Shown here piece after piece: positions 1 to 6,542 of a DNA stretch of 20,020 nucleotides (within the stretch, counting starts at the first letter, position 1; every line of letters starts with the position of its first letter). The translations under genes were made by a program, and so were the position numbers. The notes under the pieces were generated by a model that worked only from the letters and a program-made list of their open reading frames with translations, did not search any database and was not told the origin of the DNA. Source of the stretch: Candidatus Woesearchaeota archaeon (lineage in GTDB: Archaea; Nanobdellota; Nanobdellia; Nanobdellales; CAZNIQ01); contig CAZNIQ010000001.1 in NCBI GenBank assembly GCA_964573185.1, positions 18,799-38,818 on the forward strand. Reading direction: 5' to 3'.

Positions 1-312
1 GAAAAATATTCAGATTTAATAGATAATCTTACAGAACCTTTTAATGGAATAATTTATGATAAAAGAATAGCAGTTTGTTTAGTAGAGAACCACACAGCTT
101 ACTGCTTGGGATCAAAGGAAATAAAAATAATGAATTATACTATCCAATACTTTGAATCATGCTATACGCAAAAAAGCTTTAATCCAAAGGAATACAGTGT
201 TTTTGTTTTAGTACCGATAGAATTTTTAAAAGAAAATGAAAGTATTTTAGAACTAATTAACAAAGGAAAAATTAAAGTTCCAAGTTCTTTATTAAAGGCA
301 ATAATTTCTTAA
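1..312 (+). CDS. hypothetical protein, C-terminal fragment (ORF open to the window edge)
   Basis: Frame 1 is open from base 1 (EKYSDLIDNLTEPFNGIIYDKRIAVCLVENHTAYC...) and runs into the listed 106..312 ORF. No motif recognised. The 3' end overlaps the convergent Nudix gene by 41 nt. Confidence 0.4.
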   Translation, partial: EKYSDLIDNLTEPFNGIIYDKRIAVCLVENHTAYCLGSKEIKIMNYTIQYFESCYTQKSFNPKEYSVFVLVPIEFLKENESILELINKGKIKVPSSLLKAIIS

Positions 313-670
313 CCTTGCTTATTAGTTCATCTATCCATCTTGGATATCTTCCCTTTATATTTACCCATTTTACTCTCTCAATTTCATTCTTTGGCATAAT
401 TTTTCCTTTTCTATAGATTAATAAATAATATATTGCTAGCTTTTCTGTATTTCTTACTTTATATCTTTTTGCATCTATTGGAAAAAGTATTTTATAGGAA
501 AATTCATCTAAATTTATTTCTTCTTTAAGTTCTCTTTTTAAGGTATCAATAGGTTGTTCATCTTTTTCCATCCTCCCACCAGGTAGGGTAATTTTACCAT
601 CTCTAGTTTTAACTATCAAAAATTTGTTTAAGTCTTTGTTTAATATAATGGCTTTTATTGTAATCTCCAT
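272..670 (-). CDS. Nudix-family hydrolase
   Basis: Nudix box GX5EX7REUXEEXGU is visible as GGRMEKDEQPIDTLKRELKEEINL. Size (132 aa) is typical of a single-domain Nudix protein. Confidence 0.85.
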   Translation of the reverse strand: MEITIKAIILNKDLNKFLIVKTRDGKITLPGGRMEKDEQPIDTLKRELKEEINLDEFSYKILFPIDAKRYKVRNTEKLAIYYLLIYRKGKIMPKNEIERVKWVNIKGRYPRWIDELISKVKKLLPLIKNLEL

Positions 671-674
671 AAAA

Positions 675-682
675 TTAATTTA
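675..682 (+). promoter_or_regulatory. TATA-like box (TTAATTTA) upstream of the H/ACA sRNA
   Basis: AT octamer about 20-22 nt upstream of the first paired base (705) of the H/ACA hairpin. Same spacing as other boxes in this window. Confidence 0.3.
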
Positions 683-704
683 TTCTAAAAAAGTGTATAT
701 TTTT

Positions 705-776
705 GCCGGCCGTAGAGTCAGCGGTGCGAGTTTCCGTAAGGATACGATGAGCACCGCCCTCCCGCGGCCGGTACAC
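705..776 (+). ncRNA. box H/ACA guide sRNA (single hairpin, K-turn, ACA box)
   Basis: Lower stem 705-712 pairs with 765-772 (7 Watson-Crick pairs plus one G-U). Pocket strands are UAGAGUCA (713-720) and CCUCCCG (758-764). Upper stem GCGGUGC 721-727 pairs with GCACCGC 751-757. Tandem sheared pairs G728-A750 and A729-G749, a 3-nt bulge GAU (746-748), and a C-stem 730-735/740-745 closed by the GNRA loop GUAA (736-739) form a canonical K-turn. ACA lies at 773-775, 15 nt after the upper stem. A T-rich tract follows. GC-rich island in AT-rich DNA. Confidence 0.78.
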
Positions 777-2122
777 TATTTCTTCTTTCTGAACTTAGCA
801 TAGAAAAACCCGATAGTATCCTCTTTATGAGGCCACATTCTTATCGTTCCGGGTATAAATCCGGGAGATCCTATGTTTTTTGGCAATGGAACTAATTCAA
901 AATCCTTATGTGTTTTTAAAAACCATTCTACATTATCCTCATCTTCTTCTTTTAGCAAAGTACATGTACAATATAATATTTCACCACCGGGCTTTACTAA
1001 TTCTGCTGCTGCATCTAATAATTCTCTTTGCAACTGTGCTAGCTCTTCAACTTTTTCTTCTCTCAACCTCCAACGCAACTCCGGATTCTTATGTAATGTA
1101 CCGTCAGAGGAACAAGGAACATCTAATAGAACTTTATCCGCTATCTCTGTACCAAGAATATCCGGTGCTTTCCTAGCATCTTTCTTATAAATCTTTACAA
1201 TTTTATCTGTCCCCGTTCTTTTGAGTAATTCCTTCATTCTTTTGATTCTTTCATCTTCTATATCAAAAGCATATATTCTTCCTTCCAATCTCATTAATTC
1301 CGCCATATGTTCTGTTTTTCCGCCGGGAGCAGCACACATATCCACAACAGTTTGCCCCGGTTTTGGATCCAAAAAAATAGAAGCTAAAGCCGCAGCTTCT
1401 TCTTGTACAATTATCATACCTTTCTGATATTCTTCAGATTTGTCGAAATTAAATGGTCCATCAAATTTTAGTATAACTTTCAAGTATTTTCCAAATTGTA
1501 CTTTCTTCTTATATTTCTTTTCAAGTATTTCTTTCATTTCTTCTGGAGTCGTTTTAAGAATATTTACCCTAACAGAAATCTTAGGAACTCTCATAAAATA
1601 TTCAAATAGTTTCCTAGCTTCTTCCTCTCCAATTAATTGAATTATTCTTTTGGCGTACCATTCGGGGATAAAATATTTTAACTCCCATTCTGAAAATCCT
1701 TGCAAATATTTTTCTTTCTCTTCCTCTAATTCTTCCCAAAGTTTTCTGAACATTACGGCAGCACCCGGATGTGTATTATAATGTATCCATTCATATAATT
1801 GTCTTTTAGCTTTATTCATGTCTTCTTTATTAGGATAGAAAACTAAGAAATATACAGCAATTCTCATTGCTTGTCTAAACCAAGGATCTAAGATATTTAC
1901 ATGCCTAGCTCCTGTAACTTTTAATATTATTTTATCAATGATTCCCATTCTTCTAAAAATTTCATAAAAGAATTTCGTAATCTTTCTATCAACATCGGTA
2001 CCTAATAAATTGTATTTCTTCAATACTCTTCTTTTAGCATCTTGAGATGGTTTAATTTCCTCAGATTTGAGAAGTACTTCACCAAGAACTTTGAATATTT
2101 CTTTTCTAGGATCTCTTATCAT
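776..2122 (-). CDS. RsmB/Nop2/Sun-family RNA (cytosine-C5)-methyltransferase with N-terminal NusB-like domain
   Basis: SAM-binding motif DMCAAPGGKT. The two catalytic Cys motifs DVPCSSDGT and YCTCT are present. Length 448 aa with a helical N-terminal extension, as in RsmB/archaeal Nop2-like enzymes. Confidence 0.9.
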   Translation of the reverse strand: MIRDPRKEIFKVLGEVLLKSEEIKPSQDAKRRVLKKYNLLGTDVDRKITKFFYEIFRRMGIIDKIILKVTGARHVNILDPWFRQAMRIAVYFLVFYPNKEDMNKAKRQLYEWIHYNTHPGAAVMFRKLWEELEEEKEKYLQGFSEWELKYFIPEWYAKRIIQLIGEEEARKLFEYFMRVPKISVRVNILKTTPEEMKEILEKKYKKKVQFGKYLKVILKFDGPFNFDKSEEYQKGMIIVQEEAAALASIFLDPKPGQTVVDMCAAPGGKTEHMAELMRLEGRIYAFDIEDERIKRMKELLKRTGTDKIVKIYKKDARKAPDILGTEIADKVLLDVPCSSDGTLHKNPELRWRLREEKVEELAQLQRELLDAAAELVKPGGEILYCTCTLLKEEDEDNVEWFLKTHKDFELVPLPKNIGSPGFIPGTIRMWPHKEDTIGFFYAKFRKKK

Positions 2123-2150
2123 TATTAAATTTTCAAGGTGAGATTTTAAA
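2122..2150. promoter_or_regulatory. back-to-back TATA-like boxes: TTATTAAA (2122-2129, +) and TTTAAAAT (2143-2150, -)
   Basis: The minus-strand box ends 20 nt before the nop2-like ATG (2122). The plus-strand box ends 20 nt before A2150, immediately before the C box of the sRNA. Confidence 0.35.
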
Positions 2151-2204
2151 ATGATGAAGGGGAGCCGTTCTGAATTATGATGATTCTTCTATCAACTGAT
2201 TTAA
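2146..2204 (+). ncRNA. box C/D guide sRNA (canonical C, D', C', D boxes with two 12-nt guides)
   Basis: AUGAUGA (2151-2157), 12 nt AGGGGAGCCGUU, CUGA (2170-2173), AUU, AUGAUGA (2177-2183), 12 nt UUCUUCUAUCAA, CUGA (2196-2199). Flanks UUAAA (2146-2150) and UUUAA (2200-2204) are complementary. The true 5' end may be nearer 2150 if the upstream TATA spacing rule holds. Confidence 0.88.
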
Positions 2205-2206
2205 AT
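2199..2206 (+). promoter_or_regulatory. TATA-like box (ATTTAAAT) for cca
   Basis: Ends exactly 20 nt before ATG 2227. Overlaps the last base of the D box and the 3' flank of the C/D sRNA. Confidence 0.35.
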
Positions 2207-2226
2207 CTTTGGTATTAACAAATTTT

Positions 2227-3522
2227 ATGCTAGAAGAAATAAAGGAAATGTTAAGACCTTCTGAAGAAGAAAGAAAAAAAGCTTATAAAATAATTAATGA
2301 ATTCATTAATCTTTTACAAACAAATTTAAAAGATGCTGATGTATTCTTAGGCGGATCTTTTGGTAAAGATACTTGGTTACCAGGTGATTCTGATGTAGAT
2401 TTATTTGTAAGATTTGATAAAAAGTACAGGGGACAAAGAATATCAGATCTACTTGAAGAAGCTTTGAAGAAAATAAATGTTTCCTATATTAGGCTTCATG
2501 GTTCCAGAGATTACTTTAAAGTTAAGTATAAAGGTTATGAATTTGAGATAGTACCCATATTAAAAATAGATAATCCAAAGGAATATGAAGTTATTACAGA
2601 TGTTTCACCTTTCCATGTCTTATATGTTAAGAAAAAATTAGATGAAAAACCGGAATTAAAAGATGAGATAAGATTGTTGAAAGCATTTATGAAAACTATA
2701 GGTGTTTATGGAGCAGAATCATATATACAAGGTTTTTCGGGATACGTTTGCGAACTCTTAATAATTTATTATAGATCTTTCCTTAACCTTCTAAAAGAAG
2801 CACTAAATTGGAAGCCAAAAGTTGTTATAGATATCGAAAAACATTATAAAAATGAAAAAGAAATTTTCAAGAAGCTAAATAAACATAAGTTAAAATCTCC
2901 ATTGATTATTATAGATCCCGTTGATCCAGAACGCAATGCTGCCGCTTCATTATCTTATCAAACTTTCTCAAAATTCTTATTAAATGTTTATTTCTTTTTA
3001 AAAGATTTAGAGGAAAAGAAAGATATTAAAAAGTGGTTTTCTAGAATAAAAAAGAAAAAAGAAGATTTAATAAAGAAAAAAGAGAAATTGAAAGTTCCAA
3101 TGATTTTATTTGAGGTTAGAGGTAAAGGTAATAACAAAGATGTTGTAAATACAAAAATATTAAAATTTAAGGAGTTTTTAGAAAAGCAATTAGAAATATA
3201 TGGATTTAAGGTTTTAGATTCTGAAATAATATTTCAGGAAGATGTTAATTCAAAAGGTTATATTGCACTATATTATTATCCAAAAGAGTTACCAGAGTAT
3301 ACTTTGCATGAAGGTCCTTTACCATGGATTCATCCTCATTTTGAAAGATTTGTGGAAAAATGGAAAGAATATGAAATAAAAGTTAGATCCGATGGCAAAC
3401 TAATAGCAATAATCCCAAGAAAAATAAGAAATATCAAAGAATTATGGGAATACTTAAAAGATAAGTATAAAAGTAGCATTGAGGACAAAGTAGAGGTTTT
3501 AAATGTAGAATTTTATGATTAA
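2227..3522 (+). CDS. cca: archaeal class I CCA-adding enzyme (tRNA nucleotidyltransferase)
   Basis: GGSFGKDTWLPGDSDVDLFV (nucleotidyltransferase G[SG] ... DxD), TDVSPFH, GVYGAESYIQGFSGYVCELLII and DPVDPERNAAASLS all match the archaeal CCA enzyme family. ATG 2227 is preferred over the track's TTG 2209 because of the TATA spacing and the N-terminal alignment (MLEEIKEML...). Confidence 0.9.
   Translation: MLEEIKEMLRPSEEERKKAYKIINEFINLLQTNLKDADVFLGGSFGKDTWLPGDSDVDLFVRFDKKYRGQRISDLLEEALKKINVSYIRLHGSRDYFKVKYKGYEFEIVPILKIDNPKEYEVITDVSPFHVLYVKKKLDEKPELKDEIRLLKAFMKTIGVYGAESYIQGFSGYVCELLIIYYRSFLNLLKEALNWKPKVVIDIEKHYKNEKEIFKKLNKHKLKSPLIIIDPVDPERNAAASLSYQTFSKFLLNVYFFLKDLEEKKDIKKWFSRIKKKKEDLIKKKEKLKVPMILFEVRGKGNNKDVVNTKILKFKEFLEKQLEIYGFKVLDSEIIFQEDVNSKGYIALYYYPKELPEYTLHEGPLPWIHPHFERFVEKWKEYEIKVRSDGKLIAIIPRKIRNIKELWEYLKDKYKSSIEDKVEVLNVEFYD
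3497..3504 (+). promoter_or_regulatory. TATA-like box TTTTAAAT inside the cca 3' coding end
   Basis: Ends exactly 20 nt before ATG 3525 of the next gene. Confidence 0.35.
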
Positions 3523-3524
3523 AG

Positions 3525-3836
3525 ATGGGGAATTACCTAACATACGTTTATGATAAAAAACCTCGTGGAAAGGTACTTAGGAAATTAAGAGCAGAGTACT
3601 ATGATACCGATGTAACTGTTTGGATAGGGAAAAGAGGTTTAACAGAGAAAGTAATAGAGGAAATTAAAAGGCAGTTGGAAAATAAGAAAGTAATTAAAAT
3701 AAGAGTCCTAAAAAATGCTATAGTAGGGAAATCCAGAAAAGAAGGTTTAATAGAAATTGCTAAAAAGTTGGTTGAAAAGGGATTGTACGTGATAGACATA
3801 AGAGGTTATACTATATTGGTATCTGAAAAACTATGA
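3525..3836 (+). CDS. CRM/YhbY-like RNA-binding domain protein
   Basis: VWIGKRGLTEKVIEEIKRQLENKKVIKIRVLKN ... IRGYTILVSEK matches the YhbY/CRS1 pattern (iGk.Glt..v..ei...L..helvKvk ... iG....lyr). Size 103 aa. Confidence 0.78.
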   Translation: MGNYLTYVYDKKPRGKVLRKLRAEYYDTDVTVWIGKRGLTEKVIEEIKRQLENKKVIKIRVLKNAIVGKSRKEGLIEIAKKLVEKGLYVIDIRGYTILVSEKL

Positions 3837-4336
3837 AGTGCCCATACTGTAAATCGGATTTGGAAATTTATGAGAAAATTCATGAAATACCATATTTTGG
3901 TAAAATAGTTATCTTTACTGTAAGATGCCCGAATTGCGGTTTTAAGAAATCAGATATAGAGATTTTAGAAGAAAAAGAACCATTAAGATACGAATTTAAG
4001 GTAGAAAATTTAGAAGATTTAAATACTTTGGTTATAAGATCCTCTACTGGCAAAATATCTATTCCAGAGTTGGGTATTGATATAGAACCGGGGCCTGCAG
4101 CTGAGGGCTTTATTACAACCGTTGAGGGAATTCTTGATAGGATTGAAAGAATAGTAAGAACTGCTGCAAGGTGGAGATTAGAAGAAGGAAATATTGAAGC
4201 TTTTAGAAAAGCACAAGATGTTTTAAAGAAAATTTATGAAGCAAAAGAAGGGAAGTTCAAGTTTACGTTAATAGTAGAGGATGAAAGGGGGAATTCAGCA
4301 ATAGTTTCCGATAAAGCTAAAAAAACTAAGATTTGA
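3833..4336 (+). CDS. ZPR1-type zinc-finger protein
   Basis: CPYC(x18)IPYFGKIVIFTVRCPNCGFKKSD is the ZPR1 C4 finger with the IPxFG signature, followed by the ZPR1 beta-rich A-domain length. The ATGA overlaps the upstream stop. Confidence 0.8.
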   Translation: MKCPYCKSDLEIYEKIHEIPYFGKIVIFTVRCPNCGFKKSDIEILEEKEPLRYEFKVENLEDLNTLVIRSSTGKISIPELGIDIEPGPAAEGFITTVEGILDRIERIVRTAARWRLEEGNIEAFRKAQDVLKKIYEAKEGKFKFTLIVEDERGNSAIVSDKAKKTKI

Positions 4337-4718
4337 TTTCTTTAATCTCAGATTGCCCTTTAGGTCTATAGATTTCTGCAAAAGGAGGTGTTACAATAAT
4401 CCATTCTCCTCCTACACCTGCTATATCTCCATCTATTGCTTCTACAGTCTTTTTAATTTTCGCAATTGCTCTTTTTAACTCAACGTAATCTTTTTCTTTT
4501 AAAGGCCTTATATCAACAAAACAGATAGTATATCCTTCTCTTATAGCATCTAATATTTTCTTTACATCTGAAAATTCGTTTAAAACAAAGACCCTTACTT
4601 GAATCTTGGCTTTACCAAGCTTAACTACTTCAGAAGGTTTAATTTCAATATACCCCTCTTCTTCCTTCTTTTCTTCCTCTTTTTTCTTGAATATTTCTTT
4701 AATCTTTGACAATACCAT
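4326..4718 (-). CDS. sepF: SepF-like cell-division protein (FtsZ membrane anchor)
   Basis: The C-terminal core (VFVLNEFSDVKKILDAIREGYTICFVDIRPL...LKRAIAKIKKTVEAIDGDIAGVGGEWIIVTPPFAEI) matches the SepF/DUF552 pattern. The basic amphipathic N-terminus MVLSKIKEIFKKK is followed by an acidic linker. Confidence 0.75.
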   Translation of the reverse strand: MVLSKIKEIFKKKEEEKKEEEGYIEIKPSEVVKLGKAKIQVRVFVLNEFSDVKKILDAIREGYTICFVDIRPLKEKDYVELKRAIAKIKKTVEAIDGDIAGVGGEWIIVTPPFAEIYRPKGQSEIKEIKS

Positions 4719-4776
4719 TGTTAATTATTATTTAGCAAGGTACTTATATTTAAAGGTTTTAGGATAAACAATAATA

Positions 4777-5103
4777 TTAAGCTTTGCTGTATTTCATTAT
4801 TTCCTCCTGTAGTTTCTGAAGTTTTTCCCTAAGCTTTTCTTCTTGTTTATTTAAACTTTGTAACCTTATTTCCAGAATTTCCTTCCTTTCTTTTAATTCT
4901 TGTAAAACTTTATTTTTATCAACTTCTAAGAGAAGGTTTCCTATTAACTTGTAAACTTTTTTATTTTCCTCTAATTTTTCTAGTTCTTGGATAGCGTTAT
5001 TTATTTCTTCTAATTGGCTTTGTATTGCTTGTTTTTGTGCTAAAATTGTTTGTAAAGATTGCTCAACTATTTTTAATTGTTCCAATTTCTGTTGTATATC
5101 CAT
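4777..5103 (-). CDS. pfdB: prefoldin beta subunit
   Basis: 108 aa with two long heptad coiled coils flanking a central hairpin (VYKLIGNLLLEVDKNKV). This is the typical GimC/prefoldin beta layout and gene context. Confidence 0.8.
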   Translation of the reverse strand: MDIQQKLEQLKIVEQSLQTILAQKQAIQSQLEEINNAIQELEKLEENKKVYKLIGNLLLEVDKNKVLQELKERKEILEIRLQSLNKQEEKLREKLQKLQEEIMKYSKA

Positions 5104-5113
5104 TTCCCTTCTT

Positions 5114-5338
5114 TTAAAGTAAATTATTTAACTTTTCGTATATAACTAGTAACCGTAAAACTTGGTTTATTTGTGCTCTTAAAGCATTGGGATCTTGAGC
5201 TTTTACTTCAAAAATTAAATAATTATTTTCTCTTTTTATTTTTAAAACAGCTCTCCATTCTCTCTTGCTTTCTAAAAACTTTATACTTTTGAAAAGAATA
5301 TCATCATAGCTTTGCTTTAATTCTAAAATATATTTCAT
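5114..5338 (-). CDS. pcc1: Pcc1-like KEOPS complex subunit
   Basis: 74 aa. LIFEVKAQDPNALRAQINQVLRLLVIYEK matches the Pcc1/CTAG C-terminal pattern (L.v.f.a.d...LR.s.N..lrl). It sits in the conserved archaeal neighbourhood with L37Ae, RpoP and prefoldin beta. Confidence 0.6.
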   Translation of the reverse strand: MKYILELKQSYDDILFKSIKFLESKREWRAVLKIKRENNYLIFEVKAQDPNALRAQINQVLRLLVIYEKLNNLL

Positions 5339-5475
5339 CTAGCTTTAAGATGCTTTACAATTTTTGGTCTGGGTTTGTATAATATTCTAGATCCACAATA
5401 TGGGCATCTAACTCTCTTTTTTATCTGTTCTGGTTTAATTTCTCTTCCACAAACAAAACATTTATAGACGACCAT
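5335..5475 (-). CDS. rpoP: DNA-directed RNA polymerase subunit P (Rpb12 homologue)
   Basis: Not in the ORF track (46 aa). My hand translation is MVVYKCFVCGREIKPEQIKKRVRCPYCGSRILYKPRPKIVKHLKAR, with CxxC...CxxC zinc ribbon and the RILYKPRP tail typical of RpoP. The start overlaps the L37Ae stop (TAATG) and the stop overlaps the pcc1-like ATG (ATGA). Confidence 0.8.
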   Translation of the reverse strand: MVVYKCFVCGREIKPEQIKKRVRCPYCGSRILYKPRPKIVKHLKAR

Positions 5476-5702
5476 TATCTAATTTCATAAGGAGTCCAAG
5501 CTTTACCTGCAAACTTCTTTCCACATTTTTCACAATACCATATCCCAACTGCTAAAGCTTTAACAGCTTTTGACTTGCAGAAGGGACATTCCCACCTTTT
5601 CTTTTGCAAAGATTTTAATTCCGCCCATCTCTCTCTTATTCTTTTACCATATCTTGGTCCGAATCTTCCAGCAATTCCAACTTTCTTAGTATGAGAAGGC
5701 AT
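5475..5702 (-). CDS. rpl37ae: 50S ribosomal protein L37Ae (eL43)
   Basis: KKVGIAGRFGPRYGKRIR ... CPFC ... W.CEKCGKKFAGKAWTP is the diagnostic eL43 zinc-ribbon sequence. Confidence 0.93.
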   Translation of the reverse strand: MPSHTKKVGIAGRFGPRYGKRIRERWAELKSLQKKRWECPFCKSKAVKALAVGIWYCEKCGKKFAGKAWTPYEIR

Positions 5703-5711
5703 TGAAAGTTG

Positions 5712-5730
5712 TATAAATATAAATTTAAAA
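5712..5730. promoter_or_regulatory. back-to-back TATA-like boxes: TATAAATA (5712-5719, +) and TTTTAAAT (5723-5730, -)
   Basis: Each box ends exactly 20 nt before its start codon (ATG 5740 on +, ATG 5702 on -). The whole divergent spacer is only 37 nt, implying leaderless mRNAs. Confidence 0.45.
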
Positions 5731-5739
5731 GTTTAATTC

Positions 5740-6513
5740 ATGAAGCTTCATACTCAAAAAGCTTGGAAAATAGTTAAAGAAATAATAAATCAATCAGATA
5801 CCATACTTGAAGTATTAGATTCTAGGATGCCAAATGAAACTAGAAATAAAAAAATAGAGAAATACATTGATAAAAAGGGAAAGGAGCTTATACTTGTTTT
5901 AAACAAAGCTGATTTGGTGCCGGAAGATTTTGCTAAAAAAGTGAAGGAATTATTTGAATATGAGTATCCTACGGTTTATGTTTCTGTAACTAAAAGAAAG
6001 GGAACGAGAGCATTAAGAAAAGCTATAAAATTATATTCTCCAATGAAAGATAAAATCTATATTGGAGTAATAGGATATCCAAATACAGGAAAATCCTCTT
6101 TAATAAATATTCTGAGAGGAAGACATGTAACTTCTGTAGCTCCGATACCTGGTTGGACAAGAGGTTTTCAAATAATAAAACTTTCAAGGAAATTTTATTT
6201 AATTGATACCCCTGGTGTGTTTCCTCCTGAAAATGAAATAGATTTGTTAATTAAAGGAGCTATAAGACCTGAAAAATCAGATTATCCAGAAAAAGCAGCA
6301 GCTTACTTAATAAAGAAAGCTCAAGAAAATTGTCCATGGGTATTTAAAGAAAAATATGGAATAGATATAAAGAATAAAAGCGAAGAAGAAGTTCTTTTAG
6401 AGTTAGCTGATAAATTTAAAATAAAAGGGGAAGAAGAAGAGAAAATGAGAAAGGCTTCTATTAGATTATTAAATGATTGGATTAAAGGAAAGTTAAATAT
6501 CTATTGGTTGTGA
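5740..6513 (+). CDS. circularly permuted ribosome-biogenesis GTPase (YlqF/RbgA / YawG family)
   Basis: G motifs are in permuted order: NKADL (G4) precedes GYPNTGKSSLIN (G1) and DTPG (G3). Confidence 0.85.
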   Translation: MKLHTQKAWKIVKEIINQSDTILEVLDSRMPNETRNKKIEKYIDKKGKELILVLNKADLVPEDFAKKVKELFEYEYPTVYVSVTKRKGTRALRKAIKLYSPMKDKIYIGVIGYPNTGKSSLINILRGRHVTSVAPIPGWTRGFQIIKLSRKFYLIDTPGVFPPENEIDLLIKGAIRPEKSDYPEKAAAYLIKKAQENCPWVFKEKYGIDIKNKSEEEVLLELADKFKIKGEEEEKMRKASIRLLNDWIKGKLNIYWL

Positions 6514-6514
6514 T

Positions 6515-6522
6515 TTTTAAAT
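6515..6522 (+). promoter_or_regulatory. TATA-like box TTTTAAAT for tmcA
   Basis: Ends exactly 20 nt before GTG 6543. This supports GTG as a leaderless start. Confidence 0.4.
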
Positions 6523-6542
6523 TTTAGCTCTTTAATAAGAAA

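Noticed and set aside
705-776. Possibility that the GC-rich island is a split-tRNA half or a degenerate tRNA
   Set aside because: It lacks U8, A14, G18G19 and a pairable D stem. The H/ACA fold (pocket, K-turn, ACA at the correct distance) explains every base. The minus strand gives no comparable structure or T-rich terminator.
873-1640. Track ORFs 873..1190, 880..1176, 1221..1427 and 1440..1640 (+ strand) inside the nop2-like gene
   Set aside because: These are shadow ORFs antisense to a strongly supported CDS. Their translations are low-complexity, Ser/Leu/Phe-rich and lack motifs.
5301-5307. Additional ATGATGA strings inside coding regions (minus strand near 5301 and 8051; plus strand 15483)
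   Set aside because: No CUGA D or D' box follows at 12-nt spacing and there is no GC-rich guide. They simply encode Tyr/Asp/Asp- or His/Asp/Glu-type residues.
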